Of a DNA stretch of 64,000 bases, positions 28,846 to 40,094 are shown piece after piece (the first letter of the stretch is position 1; each line of letters opens with the position of its first letter). The notes under the pieces are model-generated. The model saw nothing but the letters and a program-made list of their open reading frames with translations. It was not told where the DNA came from and made no database searches. This stretch comes from the human T2T-CHM13v2.0 reference genome, Homo sapiens. The position numbers and the translations under genes were made by a program. The stretch lies in the NCBI RefSeq assembly GCF_009914755.1, contig NC_060935.1. One strand, written 5' to 3'.

Positions 28846-28915
28846 ATTAGGTTGAACCATATGAAATTGTTATTATATGACCACTTTTGGCCTACAAAAA
28901 TGACTATTTCACATT
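28846..28915. mobile_element. Possible mariner-derived MITE (MADE2-like)
   Basis: ttaggttgaaccatatgaaattg terminus in a TA context. Confidence 0.4.
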
Positions 28916-30165
28916 AACTTAATGTTATTTTTAAGACAAGCATAAAAGCTACCATTTATTGAGCAGCTAGGTTGTGCAAGAGACTTTATGCATATCATGC
29001 TGTTTATTCTTCCCCACGACCCATAGAGGTGGATACCATTATCCTGATATTTTAGAGGAAGGAGCTGAGATAGGAAAAGATTAGATAACTTGCCGAAGGC
29101 CACACACCTATAGCAAATGGTAGACCTTGGCTGGTTGACTGGGCTGCATTTTCTTATCCTACAAAGTAGGGGTAAAAATATATATTCTGGACTCTGAAAT
29201 ACAAAGGTTTGAATCTTGGGTCCACTGGTAACTGTCCGTATGACCCAGGTAGGTTTTTAAACAGTCTAATCATTAGTTTTATTAGGGGTAATGATAAAAA
29301 GGTACGTAATAGCTTTATTTTGGGGGACTAAATAAAATAATGCCTGTAAAACACCGTTATTGCACCTGGAACAAGGTAAGTGCTTAAGTGGTAGCTATCA
29401 CCATAATTCCCTTCTTCCTCATAAGCACACCCTGGAAAGGGCTTCTTGCTCCTGCAGGTCTTTTCATTTTCTTTTCTTTTTCTTTTTTTTCTTGGAGTGA
29501 AGCCTTTTCTTTATCACTTCATCCAAATCATCTCCTATCTCCTGTGTTTGAGTTCATCCTTGGGCAGTGGAAAATGAAGAGTCAATGGGAAAACAATCTC
29601 TGGGCCTCTAGCCTTAGGTCGGGGGAGGCTGGCTCACTGACTAGTATCCCCATCCTCTCCCTAATTCCAGCTGTGAGCTTTCTGCATTTCTACTGGGGAG
29701 AGGGCTGGCGGACTGAGGCTTCTCCATCCTCTCCACGGAAAACCCTGGACTCAGACTGGGTCCTTCTGAGCTGGAGGTACCCTCTGAGAGCAGGGGGACA
29801 GGCGGCCACTCCAGGAGTGCCTGCTGCTGTTTTCCTTGCCCCTCCAAACCCACCCTCCAATCAGCTCTGCAGACCCCTAACTCGGTGCTGGTGATGGGCC
29901 TGGCTCTCCCGCACCCAATCCTGCCTGCACTTCTCTTTCCTGAATTGAGACATGACTGTCCACCTGGCCCTGAACCTTCTTCGCCTGTCGCTGCCCATGC
30001 CCCAGTGAGTGTCCCTGCCATAGCCCTGCTCCAGGCTCGACACCCCTCTCTGTACCTCCCACCCCCGCGTCGCCATAGTCCCTGTCCCTCAGGGCTCTAT
30101 TCCTACCCCACTCCCGCGGATCAAGACCCAGTGACCCCACAAGAACCCCCCTGCTTCGCCCCCAG

Positions 30166-30387
30166 GAGAACGCCTGCTCCAAGCCGGACGACGACATTCT
30201 AGACATCCCGCTGGACGATCCCGGCGCCAACGCGGCCGCCGCCAAAATCCAGGCGAGTTTTCGGGGCCACATGGCGCGGAAGAAGATAAAGAGCGGAGAG
30301 CGCGGCCGGAAGGGCCCGGGCCCTGGGGGGCCTGGCGGAGCTGGGGTGGCCCGGGGAGGCGCGGGCGGCGGCCCCAGCGGAGACTAG
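30166..30387 (+). CDS. NRGN: Neurogranin coding exon 2 (IQ motif [17 protein letters not shown], Gly-rich tail, stop)
   Basis: cccag|GAG acceptor; [73 protein letters not shown]; 78 aa in total. Confidence 0.98.
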
Positions 30388-30624
30388 GCCAGGTGAGGCG
30401 GGCGGCGCGCGGCTGGCTGACAGCTGCCCTTCCCCAGCCCTCCCCAGGAGCAGGGGGAGAATAAGGGCGGGTTGGAGGTGCAGGGGGCGTGGAGGGAGCT
30501 AAGGGTTGGGGGATAGAAATCCGAGATGGGAGGTGGGTGGGAAGAGGCTGAAGGTTGCGCGGATTCCAGGAGCTCACCTGTTTCTCCCTCTGCATCCTCC
30601 CTTCTGCCCCGCCCTGGACCGAAG

Positions 30625-30645
30625 AAGAACTGAGCATTTTCAAAG
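30625..30645 (+). other. NRGN: NRGN 21-nt non-coding exon 3 (3' UTR)
   Basis: gaag|AAGAACTGAGCATTTTCAAAG|gtaat. Confidence 0.75.
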
Positions 30646-31066
30646 GTAATGAACACGGCCCCTAGGCGGCGGGGTGGGACCCGTGAGTGGGAGAAAAGGA
30701 TCGAATCCCCAGCCCTTCCCTCTGCCCACCCTCACCCCTCCCAGCCGGGGAAAATGCACCCTGCCCCTGCGGGTTTTCTGATACATCCAGACGCCCGAGG
30801 CTGCGACGGGGACATACCTGGACCAAGACATGCGCAGCCACCCCATTTGGCTGCACAAGCCCGGCCAAGGGGCAGAAATACATCGCGGCGCGCACACGTA
30901 CCTGCCGCGGGGCTCATTTCAGCGCTTTGACTCGGGGTGGGGGTTCTGGGTGACTGGGGCCCTCTGGCACTCACCGCCCAAAGAATCCTGGTACTGAAAG
31001 GGGGAAGGGTGGGGGGAAGAGGAAGTAGCAGAAGAGGGCAGGTTCTCAGACCTTTTCTCTCCTCAG

Positions 31067-31872
31067 TTCCCGAGGAGAGATGGATGCCGCGTCCCCTTCG
31101 CAGCGACGAGACTTCCCTGCCGTGTTTGTGACCCCCTCCTGCCCAGCAACCTGCCAGCTACAGGAGCCCCCTGCGTCCCAGAGACTCCCTCACCCAGGCA
31201 GGCTCCGTCGCGGAGTCGCTGAGTCCGTGCCCTTTTAGTTAGTTCTGCAGTCTAGTATGGTCCCCATTTGCCCTTCCACTCCACCCCACCCTAAACCATG
31301 CGCTCCCAATCTTCCTTCTTTTGCTTCTCGCCCACCTCTTCCCGCACCCAGCATGCAGCTCTGCCTCCGCAGCCTCAGTGCGCTTTCCTGCGCGCACTGC
31401 GGAGGGCGCCCTAAGCGTCACCCAAGCACACTCACTTAAAGAAAAAACGAGTTCTTTCGTTCTGTGCGCAGCTAAAAGGGGCGCCCTACATCTCCGTGCC
31501 ACTCCCGCCCCAGCCTAGCCCCAAGACTTTGGATCCGGGGCGAGATGAAGGGAAGAGGGTTGTTTTGGTTTCGGACGACCCTTGCTCTGACCGGAAGAGA
31601 AGTCCCTATCCCACACCTGCCTGTCACGTTCCCTCCCCTTTCCCCAGCGCACTGTTGAGGGCAGCCTCTCCAGCTCTCTTGTTTATGCAAACGCCGAGCG
31701 CCTGGGAGGCTCGGTAGGAGGAGTCTTCCACGGCCCCGCCCCGCCCCTGTCGGTCCCGCCCTCCCCCCCGCCGGGCTCCTGGGGCTGTGGCCGAAAGGTT
31801 TCTGATCTCCGTGTGTGCATGTGACTGTGCTGGGTTGGAATGTGAACAATAAAGAGGAATGTCCAAGTGTTC
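31067..31872 (+). other. NRGN: NRGN terminal 3' UTR exon; AATAAA at 31848-31853
   Basis: ccttttctctcctcag| acceptor; canonical poly(A) signal; 3' end approximate. Confidence 0.85.
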
Positions 31873-32150
31873 AGAGGGTGCCGGGGGAGGGAGTTTGGGT
31901 GCACAAGGCCTCCGCTTGCAACTTGAACAAGCCTCCTTGGGCCAAACCAGAAACCAACAATCGGGGGCTGGTGGGGTGAAGTGGAGGGGCACCTAGGTTG
32001 AAACCCACCCCTTTGACCCGACCAAACTTCCTGCCTACCTTTTCTCGGACTTCAAGCCCATTCCTTCTCTTACTGTTAATACTCTGAGCCGCCTAGAGGA
32101 ATTCGCCATACCAGCAGAAAGAAGAAGGAGACAGTATGGTACCCACAGAC

Positions 32151-32156
32151 TTTAAT
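32151..32156 (-). terminator. VSIG2: VSIG2 poly(A) signal (ATTAAA)
   Basis: tttaat on + strand, ~40 nt after the stop codon. Confidence 0.7.
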
Positions 32157-32197
32157 TATTGATATTCCCCCTCACCGCCCTCAGGGATCGGGAGAAG

Positions 32198-32330
32198 TCA
32201 CACGACCATAGGGAGCTTGGACTTGGTGGTCGTCACGGTGCTGGCAGACGAGGGTCTTTCCAGGAACCCCTTGCTAGAATCAGCCCTCATACAAGTGTGC
32301 TCAGAGATCCCAGGAGCGATGGCATCCTCC
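32198..32330 (-). CDS. VSIG2: VSIG2 exon 7 (cytoplasmic tail, stop)
   Basis: cag|[44 protein letters not shown]; exon lengths sum to 984 nt = 327 aa + stop. Confidence 0.95.
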
Positions 32331-33052
32331 CTGATGGGTATAGGCAAGTTCTGAGTGAACAGTAGAAGCCTCCTGCGGAGGAGGGCCGTCCTCTAACCTG
32401 GGGACTCTTAAATTTCACTGTGCTTGAGAATAATCTGCGGAACTTTGGTTAAAATGAAATTTCTGGGCCTCATCACTCCCCAACGCACAACTACAGGAAG
32501 GCTAGAAGTGGCCTGAATCTGAATGTATAACTAGTTCCCGGTGATTTCTGTCCAGGTAATCTGAGGACTCCACCTGGAGAAATGTTGCTCTGATCCCTAT
32601 CCTAGACCCTGACTGGCAGCTAAAGTGGATGACAGAGGCAGTTTCCCCTCCCCTTTCCTGATTTCCTCCACAGAAGAATTGAACTCAGCTGACTGCTCAG
32701 GACAAATCCATTTCCTGGCATCTACAAGCCACTACTACTCCCAGGTGGTTAAAATATATGAAAATACCTTCGGAACAGAAAAGTAAACTTTATTAAATAT
32801 GAGGAGGGGCAGGGCAGTCCTGCAAACAGCTTCCCTGCCACAGCTTGTGGACCAGCCACTCCACCCTGTACCGCTTGCCTGTACCCTCAAATACACAGGT
32901 TACACTGCTGCCACCAGCAAATTCCACGGCTGAACAACACCTCCTGCCCCTAAACACACTGAATGATGTCGGAGTTTGAGGGTTGCAGGCACCCGCTTTT
33001 AACTCAAGCCCTTTCCTCCCTCCTTGCGCCACCCCCCAGCCCTCCTGCTCAC

Positions 33053-33197
33053 CGAAGGTCACTACCCCCATATGTCTCCTTGGGCTTCTTCCCCCTCTCT
33101 TTCTGGAACCTGACCAGGCAGAACGCAGCAACTGACAGCAACAGCACGCCCAGGAGCACCCCAATCAGAGCTCCGGCCACTCGGCCTTGGGAGGGTT
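33053..33197 (-). CDS. VSIG2: VSIG2 exon 6 (transmembrane)
   Basis: [49 protein letters not shown]; tag|...|gtgagc. Confidence 0.95.
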
Positions 33198-33306
33198 CTA
33201 AGGAGATACAGGACCCTCACTCAGAATTGCAGGCTTTCCTCGGCCCACCAGCCGACAGCTTCCCCAACACAAGGCTGCTGGCCTGGCCTCCACCCAGCAT
33301 CCCTAC

Positions 33307-33426
33307 CGGTCACAGAGAGGGTCAGCTCACAGGATGCACTGCCCATCTGGTTGGTGGCCACACAGCGGTAGGTGCCCGAGGAGGTCAGGGAGAGGTTGGT
33401 GAGAATGAGCTGGCCAGACACCTCAT
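33307..33426 (-). CDS. VSIG2: VSIG2 exon 5 (Ig C2, second half)
   Basis: [40 protein letters not shown]. Confidence 0.95.
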
Positions 33427-34370
33427 CTAGAGGATGAAGAGGAAGTGTTCCACGACTCATTCAACTCAGTGAGCAGCTCTACGAGGACAGCACATTTCAT
33501 GTCATCCTTATAACAATCCTGTCAGGGAGCAACTAATTTTTTTTCACTGGGGAGGAAACCGGTTCAGAAGAAGGAAGTAGTGTGTCTGAGGTGACCCAGA
33601 GAGGAATTCCAAAGCTGCTACAACTTACCTGTTCTTTCCACCCTACATAGCTGCCTTTTTGGGAGGAGGAGGACTGCACACTCATGAAGGATTCAGAAAC
33701 TGGCAATGGAGTCGGGGTGGGGTGCTTACTGGCTGATGTCAGGTTCCTGGTTTGGGGTAAAAGGCTTGATTGCTAGAAACTGCATCCTGTAGGGTGGCTC
33801 TAAGCTGACACAAATGCTTTTCTAAACTGTTTACCTTTGCCTTAGAAGGCAGAGCACATACCAGGAAGGTGATCTGGGGGTGGGTCATTCATTTCTGGAT
33901 TGATAAAGGAGTTTGCTGGGGCTGGAGAGAGAACTGGATCCAGGAAGAGGAAGCCAAGAAACTAAGGCTCCTCCAAAGAAACTGGTTAAAAGATTCCAGC
34001 CAGTCCATGCTACTCTGCCTCAGTTTCCTCTCTAGGAAGTTTGGAAGTGGTCCACGACCCTTAGGAAACCTAAAAGAAATCTCCCCAAGGCAGATGGGTG
34101 GTCATCATCAGATTGCTCCCTGCCCTCTACTCTCTTCCAGGATATCAGCAGTATATTCAGCTTGAGAAATACCCCCAGGATCATGCAGCCACAGACTGCA
34201 GAAAGACAGGCAGGAGGGAACAATACAGGAAGCCAAGGAAGAGACAGGGAAAGGTATAGTGGTTTGTGTCATACCCCTAGTCATGGAACGGATAATACGG
34301 GTGTGTGGGATTTAGAGACCAGATTTGCCCAGGTCTCCAGTACCCTCTTCCTGATGCCCTGGGCCCTTAC

Positions 34371-34529
34371 CTTGAACCATGCTGCCAGGAGAAGGTGTAG
34401 GAAAAGTTCCAAGACGCACCCAGTTGTACACTGGCTTAGGAGCCCCCTCGGAAGAGCTGCATCTCAGTGCAGTAGAGCCTCCCACAGAGGTTTGTCCACT
34501 CTGACTGCATAAGGGATTACTGGGGGGAA
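34371..34529 (-). CDS. VSIG2: VSIG2 exon 4 (Ig C2, first half)
   Basis: [53 protein letters not shown]; T26-gcag acceptor, gtaagg donor. Confidence 0.95.
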
Positions 34530-34609
34530 CTGCAAAAAAAAAAAAAAAAAAAAAAAAAACAGAAAGTTCCTCAGCAATCTTCCAGCCCCACTCCCAACTC
34601 CATTAGGTG

Positions 34610-34910
34610 CTACATTCTCTACTTCAATACCCCTATCAAACAGTGGTCCTCTTGGGTCCACACACCACTGCATCCCCAGGAACTGAGGGATTTCCACTAT
34701 TGGAAATTCTGATTGTTAGAGAAAATTCTTCTTCATGTTGAGCCAAAATGTGTGTTAACATAACCTCCACCCATTGGTTTCAGTTCCTGCCCTTTGGGCC
34801 CACAAAGAGAAATTAAAATCTCTCCTCCACATGACAGCCCTTTGGATAGTTGAATCCAGCAGTAATACACCCATCCGAGGCCTTCTCTTTTCCATCTAAA
34901 CACTGCCAGT
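34610..34910. mobile_element. L3/CR1-like LINE fragment
   Basis: ttgttagagaaaattcttcttcatgttgagccaaaat...cccattgg..cagttc..ccctttggg...catgacagccctt resembles CR1/L3. Confidence 0.5.
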
Positions 34911-35377
34911 CTCTGTGATAGTTTTTCTGGTTGCTCATCTCTGAAAAGGCTCTAGTTTGGGGTGAGACAGAAGCTCTGAGCACGAAGTTGGTGCTCAGTA
35001 ATAGGGGCCCTTGTTCCTTTGGTGGCCACTCCCCTTCTCTGCCATTGACCTTGGGAGGGACAGAATCCAACTACCGATGAGAGCCTCCCCCATGATGGAG
35101 CTGCTGGGAGCAGGCTCAGATCCCCATGTATGGGAAGGACTTTCTCTCACACACTCTGTTATTAGGCTCTGATGGAGGAGATGCTCTCGGTGGAGGGTGG
35201 AGTTGGAGTATGACCATCTGAATTAGAAGACTTGGAAAGGGAGTATTTTCACTTGGGGCCCCCAGTGCAGTTGTGTGCTTGGGCTAAAAGTCAGAAACCA
35301 GAGATTTAGCAAGACCAGTGCAAACGCCCCAAGTATGTGAAAGAGTATGTGGCTCGTGGATCCCCAGTCTGCCTTAC

Positions 35378-35585
35378 CCAGCACAGTAAGGTTGATTAGC
35401 CCCAACCCATTGGTGTAGAAATCTGGTGGGTTGTTGACTTGGCAGAGGTAGGTTCCAGTATCTGAGGGGTGGACGTCAGTCAGTTTCAGTGTGGCCACCC
35501 CCACTGTGGGGGGGTTCTGAAGCAGGCTGACCCGCTTTGACTTAGAACCAGTTGGATACAGATGGCCATTGGTGAAGTACAGGAT
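35378..35585 (-). CDS. VSIG2: VSIG2 exon 3 (Ig V, second half)
   Basis: [69 protein letters not shown] (DxGxYxC motif). Confidence 0.96.
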
Positions 35586-36086
35586 CTGGGGAGAGGCAGA
35601 AGACACACATATGTGCCTGTTTCTGCCTGGCATCAACTCTACAGTCCTTCCTCATCAAAGTGGGTATAAGAGGCCTCTGACTTACATCAGCCAGGGAGGC
35701 TGATACCCTTAAGCTGGAACTCCAAAGGTCTCTCTGTCCCCAAACACCACCCCCTTTCAGGTGCTAAATGAACCTGATCCATTGGTCTCTCTCTCTCTCT
35801 CTCAAAGAGAGAGGCAGAAGAGGCAGCATATTATCTTGGTATCAGTCACAACACCTTAGTGTCAATGGATACACTAAGGCAGGGGAGTTGGAAATAGGAG
35901 CTATGGAAGAGGAAAGGAAGATACACGGTCAGGCAGACTGCAGCTCTGAAAAGATCTAGGGAGAGCCCACTTACCTTTTCATCCAAGCATACTGATCCCC
36001 AAACTCCCCCTCCCGACCCCATGCCCTCATCCTGGGCTCCTGTCCCTCCAGGCCAACCCAGCTTCATGCAGTCGCTCTCAGCTCAC

Positions 36087-36244
36087 TGGATGGGACTCAG
36101 AGATGGGTTTCCCAGGCTGCACAAAGCTCCACTCCAGGGCGAAGCTGTCTCCCACCGACGTGCTGTAGGTGCAGGTCAGCTCGGCTGTCTTCCCCAGGGG
36201 CGTGCTCAGCGGCTCTGTGGGTACCTTCACCTCCACGGCCAGCC
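36087..36244 (-). CDS. VSIG2: VSIG2 exon 2 (Ig V, first half)
   Basis: [52 protein letters not shown]. Confidence 0.96.
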
Positions 36245-36740
36245 CTGGGGCCGGGGACCAGAGGGAGGTGGGAACCCAAATTCCAGTGATCTGGAGGGTC
36301 GGGCCCACCCCCGGGCATCTATATTGGAAGCTGGGGGCTCCCTCCCCAGAGCACAACCCTCTCCCCTCAATCCAACCCCTCCCTTCCCAAAACCTGAGGT
36401 TTCCGGGAGGGGCCGGGTCTTTGTGGGTAAAAGAGCCGGAACCGGGCCAGGTAAGAGGGTGTGTGTGTTTAGCAGAGAAAGGAAAACACTAGCCCTGCGG
36501 TGGGGTGGTTCAGGCCTGTGCCGCGGAGAGGCCCAACTCGCTCGCCGGCTTGGGGGTCTCTCTCCTACGCCCTCCGGGCCTTGGACACCCCCTCTCCGGC
36601 CTCACCTCAGGCGCCTTAGGGCCCCTGGCGCCCACGGCAGCCTCATCTGGCCTGGCGGGGACAGAGTGGGTCCGAGGAGCCGGGGAAGCCAGGCCTATGC
36701 CCCCCAGCCCTCGCCGTGGTCCCGCCCGGCCCCTCCTCAC

Positions 36741-36801
36741 CACTCAGGCACAGGAAGCCTAGCAGGGCCCCGCAGAGAAAGGGCCCCGGGAGCTCGGCCA
36801 T
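36741..36801 (-). CDS. VSIG2: VSIG2 exon 1 (signal peptide)
   Basis: gccATGG Kozak; MAELPGPFLCGALLGFLCLS; gtgagg donor; GC-rich promoter region. Confidence 0.96.
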
Positions 36802-37818
36802 GGCCGCGTCCGGCCGTCCTGTCCTGCTCCTGCCAGGTGGGCGGTCAAGGTCGGTCTGGGTGTCGGGCAGGGAAGGGAGCACCCAAGGGCAGCCGCCCGG
36901 GCTGGGCAGGAGCGAGACTGGTATCTCAGAGCAAACAGGGGAGAGGCCGGCGCCGCAGGTTAAAAAAAAAAAAAAGTGCTCCTCCCTCCTCTCCTCCAGC
37001 CCCGATTCTGCAATCCCTCTGTCCCTTCTTCCTCCTTCCTTCCTCTTCTCCCCAAGGTCTGAAGCTGTCCGGCCTTGGGAAAAGCGCTGGGCTTGGGGTG
37101 GGCCTTCTGCAGAGACGGAAGGAAAGCTGACTTTGGAAGGCGTCCTGATACCCCAGAGCTGGCAAGGGGAGTCCCCACCTCGGAGCCTCACTGTGAGTGT
37201 GAGCCCCAGGCCGCAGACCCTTCCTGTCCACAGCGCTTTTCATTTCACCACTTACTGAGGTAGGAGTCTCTGTAGAAATGAGCATCTCTCCATTTCCAGA
37301 GCCACTCCATTTTAGGGGCAGAGAAACTGAGACCTAAAGGAGACCTCACCCTTGGTAGGAAAGAACATGGCAGAACTTGGACACAGACCTGCACCTCATA
37401 CTATGCCCAGCTCTCCCTCAGTAACAACAGAGATCTCTTCCAGATGGGCAAGGAGTGTTTTGTTAAGGATTCCGTGGTGTGGGAGAGGAGCCCACGTGAG
37501 CTTCCTCTCCCCTGTCCCTGAAGAGGAAGCAGATGAGGTACACGTACCCCCTAGCCGGGAGCACTCAAGCTCCAGCAGAAAGCGTATCAACTCCATCCCT
37601 CTGCTGTTCAGAGTAGCTTAGAGTCTCCTCCCCTTCTCCACGTGACAAACAAGGACCCTTCTAAACACTAGAAGAGCTGCTCTAAGCCTGTGGGGGGAAG
37701 CCCTCCTGGGTACACAGCTTGGGAAGGGGTCCACTTTGCATCCTCCTGAAGCTCAATTTCAAGAATTCTTAGTTTGAAAAGGCAACTTGTTTCTTATCTC
37801 ATACAAACATTATGTATC

Positions 37819-37824
37819 TTTATT
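37819..37824 (-). terminator. ESAM: ESAM poly(A) signal (AATAAA)
   Basis: tttatt on + strand, ~490 nt downstream of the stop; ATTAAA also at 37864-37869. Confidence 0.7.
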
Positions 37825-38309
37825 TAAATTTGCAAATGAAAACAACACATATTTCATGTTAGTTTTAATAAGAGATTCCCTATCCTCTGCCCCAGTAAAA
37901 CCTAACCAAGCCAGCCTGACAGGTTATATCAATACAGGGAGCTGGAGTGGGAGCCAAGGGTGGTGTTAGATAGGGGTGGGGTACAGATCAAGGGGGCCTG
38001 GGAGACTCAGTGACTGGAAGTCTCTGCCCCTCACTCTTGGTGAGTAGCTAATTTCAGCAGCTGGCTTCATAAGGAGGAGTCAGGGGTGGGTGGAGGCTCC
38101 TCCCAATTCCAGATCCACTTCCTCTTCTCCTTCTGTCTCCTGGACACTTAGGTCTTACTGAGATGGTTTTCCCACAGTAAAGAGAGGTGGGGGCAGAGTA
38201 CTAAGGGTCAGGAGTGTGACTCTTTCCCATGACTCAGGCCTCTGTGCTAGAGGTGACCCTTATAGGAAGGAGAGACCCCAAATCCTTTAGCCAATGAGTG
38301 GTGGGGTCA

Positions 38310-38625
38310 TCATACCAGAGAGCCAGCTTGACTCTGGGCAGGCACCATCACAGGCACAGCACCCATGCGGCTCAAGCCAGAGGAAGAAACCCCACCAGGG
38401 ATGGGGGATATTGGTTGAGGGTGGGCCCCATCTGTCGTGGGCAGTCTTGGTGAGGGCAGGGCCTGGCTGGAGAGACTGGGCGTGGGGGTCAATGCACCAG
38501 GCCTGGGAGGGCCATGGGGTGGCCGGAGGGCTCGTGCGGAGGTGACAGAGGAAAGGGTCCCATTCTTGGAGATTGTGTCTGAGCTCTTGGGCCAGGGCAG
38601 GGTCCGGGGAGCAATGGCATCCTCC
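38310..38625 (-). CDS. ESAM: ESAM exon 7 (Pro-rich cytoplasmic tail, PDZ-binding GSLV*)
   Basis: [16 protein letters not shown]...[10 protein letters not shown]; exon lengths sum to 1173 nt = 390 aa + stop. Confidence 0.96.
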
Positions 38626-38877
38626 CTAGTCATCAAAGAAATAACAAGAGGTCAGAAGTGGGTGGGGGAAGGAGGAGAGAGTTTCTACCTGCTTGGTCTT
38701 ATATACCACCTCTGCCTGCACACTTCAGTACTCCTTTCCCTCTCCCTTAAAACCTGCCCATAGGAATGATGTTTCAGCCACTGACCCCATCCCAATAGAT
38801 GAGAGCTGCCTGAATTCCCAGCCTCTGTGAGGAGAGCTGGGAGAGCCCCCGCTGCAGCAGACACCAGGGACACTTAC

Positions 38878-39004
38878 TTGATATCATTGGCTGGCTCCTC
38901 CAGGGCCTTGCCCCGGCGGTGGTACAAGAGGACCAGCCCAGCCAGCAACCCCAGTCCAACCAGGGTACCCACAACAGCTCCAGCAACCACTGCAGCTCCA
39001 GGCC
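38878..39004 (-). CDS. ESAM: ESAM exon 6 (transmembrane)
   Basis: [42 protein letters not shown]. Confidence 0.96.
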
Positions 39005-39304
39005 CTGGAAAAGGCGTCGTGTCAGAGGAGGACACCCAGCTGAGGGGTTCTCACCCCTCTCCAATCCCACTCTCCCCACCCCATCTGCCACCATACACAT
39101 TCCCTCTTTTTCCCTGTCAAGAAGAGGGGTGGCTGTTGAGCAGGAAATGACCAGTCACTGACCAACCATTTGTACAAACATTTGATCAGGGGAAGCTCCG
39201 TGCCCTGCTACAGAGACAGGCCTCAGCAGACAGGCCTCCTCCCCACTTGCAACCCCTCCCCCACCATTGACCACTCTTCTTAACCACACTTACCCCTCAC
39301 TGAC

Positions 39305-39427
39305 CTGTGCTCACTTCCAGCGTCACATTACATTGGGCAGTGCCCACCTCATTGTGGGCCTTGCAGACATAGACTCCAGCCATGGAAGACGAAAGGTTGG
39401 TGAGGCTTAAAGACCCACGGATGACAT
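39305..39427 (-). CDS. ESAM: ESAM exon 5
   Basis: [41 protein letters not shown]. Confidence 0.95.
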
Positions 39428-39921
39428 CTGTGGACACAATTTAGCCATCAGTCCAGGGACCCTCTTTCCCATTAAAAAAAAAAAAAAATCTTGTCCCTCC
39501 TCTGGAATGTCCCCTTTGACCCTCTGGGAGTCACGGCTTGTCTATTCCCTGATGGGGGGAGAGGTGTGACAGCTGGGCTTGGCTCCCAGCTGCAGACTGA
39601 CTAGTGCAATAACCTCCATTGTCACTCCTCAGTCAGTGCCCCCAGTGGATATCCGACAGGAGGCCACAGAGAAAGTGAAGCACAGAGAAACCAAAACACC
39701 ATTTTACTTTTATTTCGGCAAGACAGTGTGATGAGAGAGAAAGAACACTGGGGTAGGAACTGGTAAACGTGGGTTCCAGAACAGGCCATGTGACTGACTT
39801 TAAGCAAGTTAGTTGATATCTGAGGGTCTCCATTTCTTCATCTGTAAAATGGGGACAATATGACCTCCCTGAGGGTGTTGAAAGGACTATATGGACTAAT
39901 CATTATAACAGTGAATGTTTA

Positions 39922-40094
39922 GGGGGGAGGGATAGCATTAGGAGATATAGCTAATGCTAAATGAAGAGTTAATGGGTACAGCACACCAGCATGGCACATG
40001 TATACATATGTAACTAACCTGCACATTGTGCACATGTACCCTAAAACTTAAAGTATAATAATAATAAAATAAAAATAAATAAATAAATAAATAA
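39922..40094 (+). mobile_element. 5'-truncated young L1PA (L1PA2/3-like) 3' end with 15-bp TSD
   Basis: ggggggagggatagcattaggagatat...gtaactaacctgcacattgtgcacatgtaccctaaaacttaaagtataat plus A-rich tail; TSD aacagtgaatgttta at 39907-39921 and 40095-40109. Confidence 0.92.

Larger units (their letters stand above)
30050..31800. promoter_or_regulatory. NRGN: Intragenic/3' CpG island over NRGN exons 2-4
   Basis: Dense CpG from exon 2 through the 3' UTR. Confidence 0.7.

Noticed and set aside
36021-37130. 369-aa + strand ORF
   Set aside because: Antisense to VSIG2 exons 1-2 in GC-rich DNA; low-complexity G/P/R composition with no domain.
36802-37191. In-frame upstream extension of VSIG2 (182-aa ORF)
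   Set aside because: No upstream ATG, it crosses a T14 tract, and it would bury the signal peptide.
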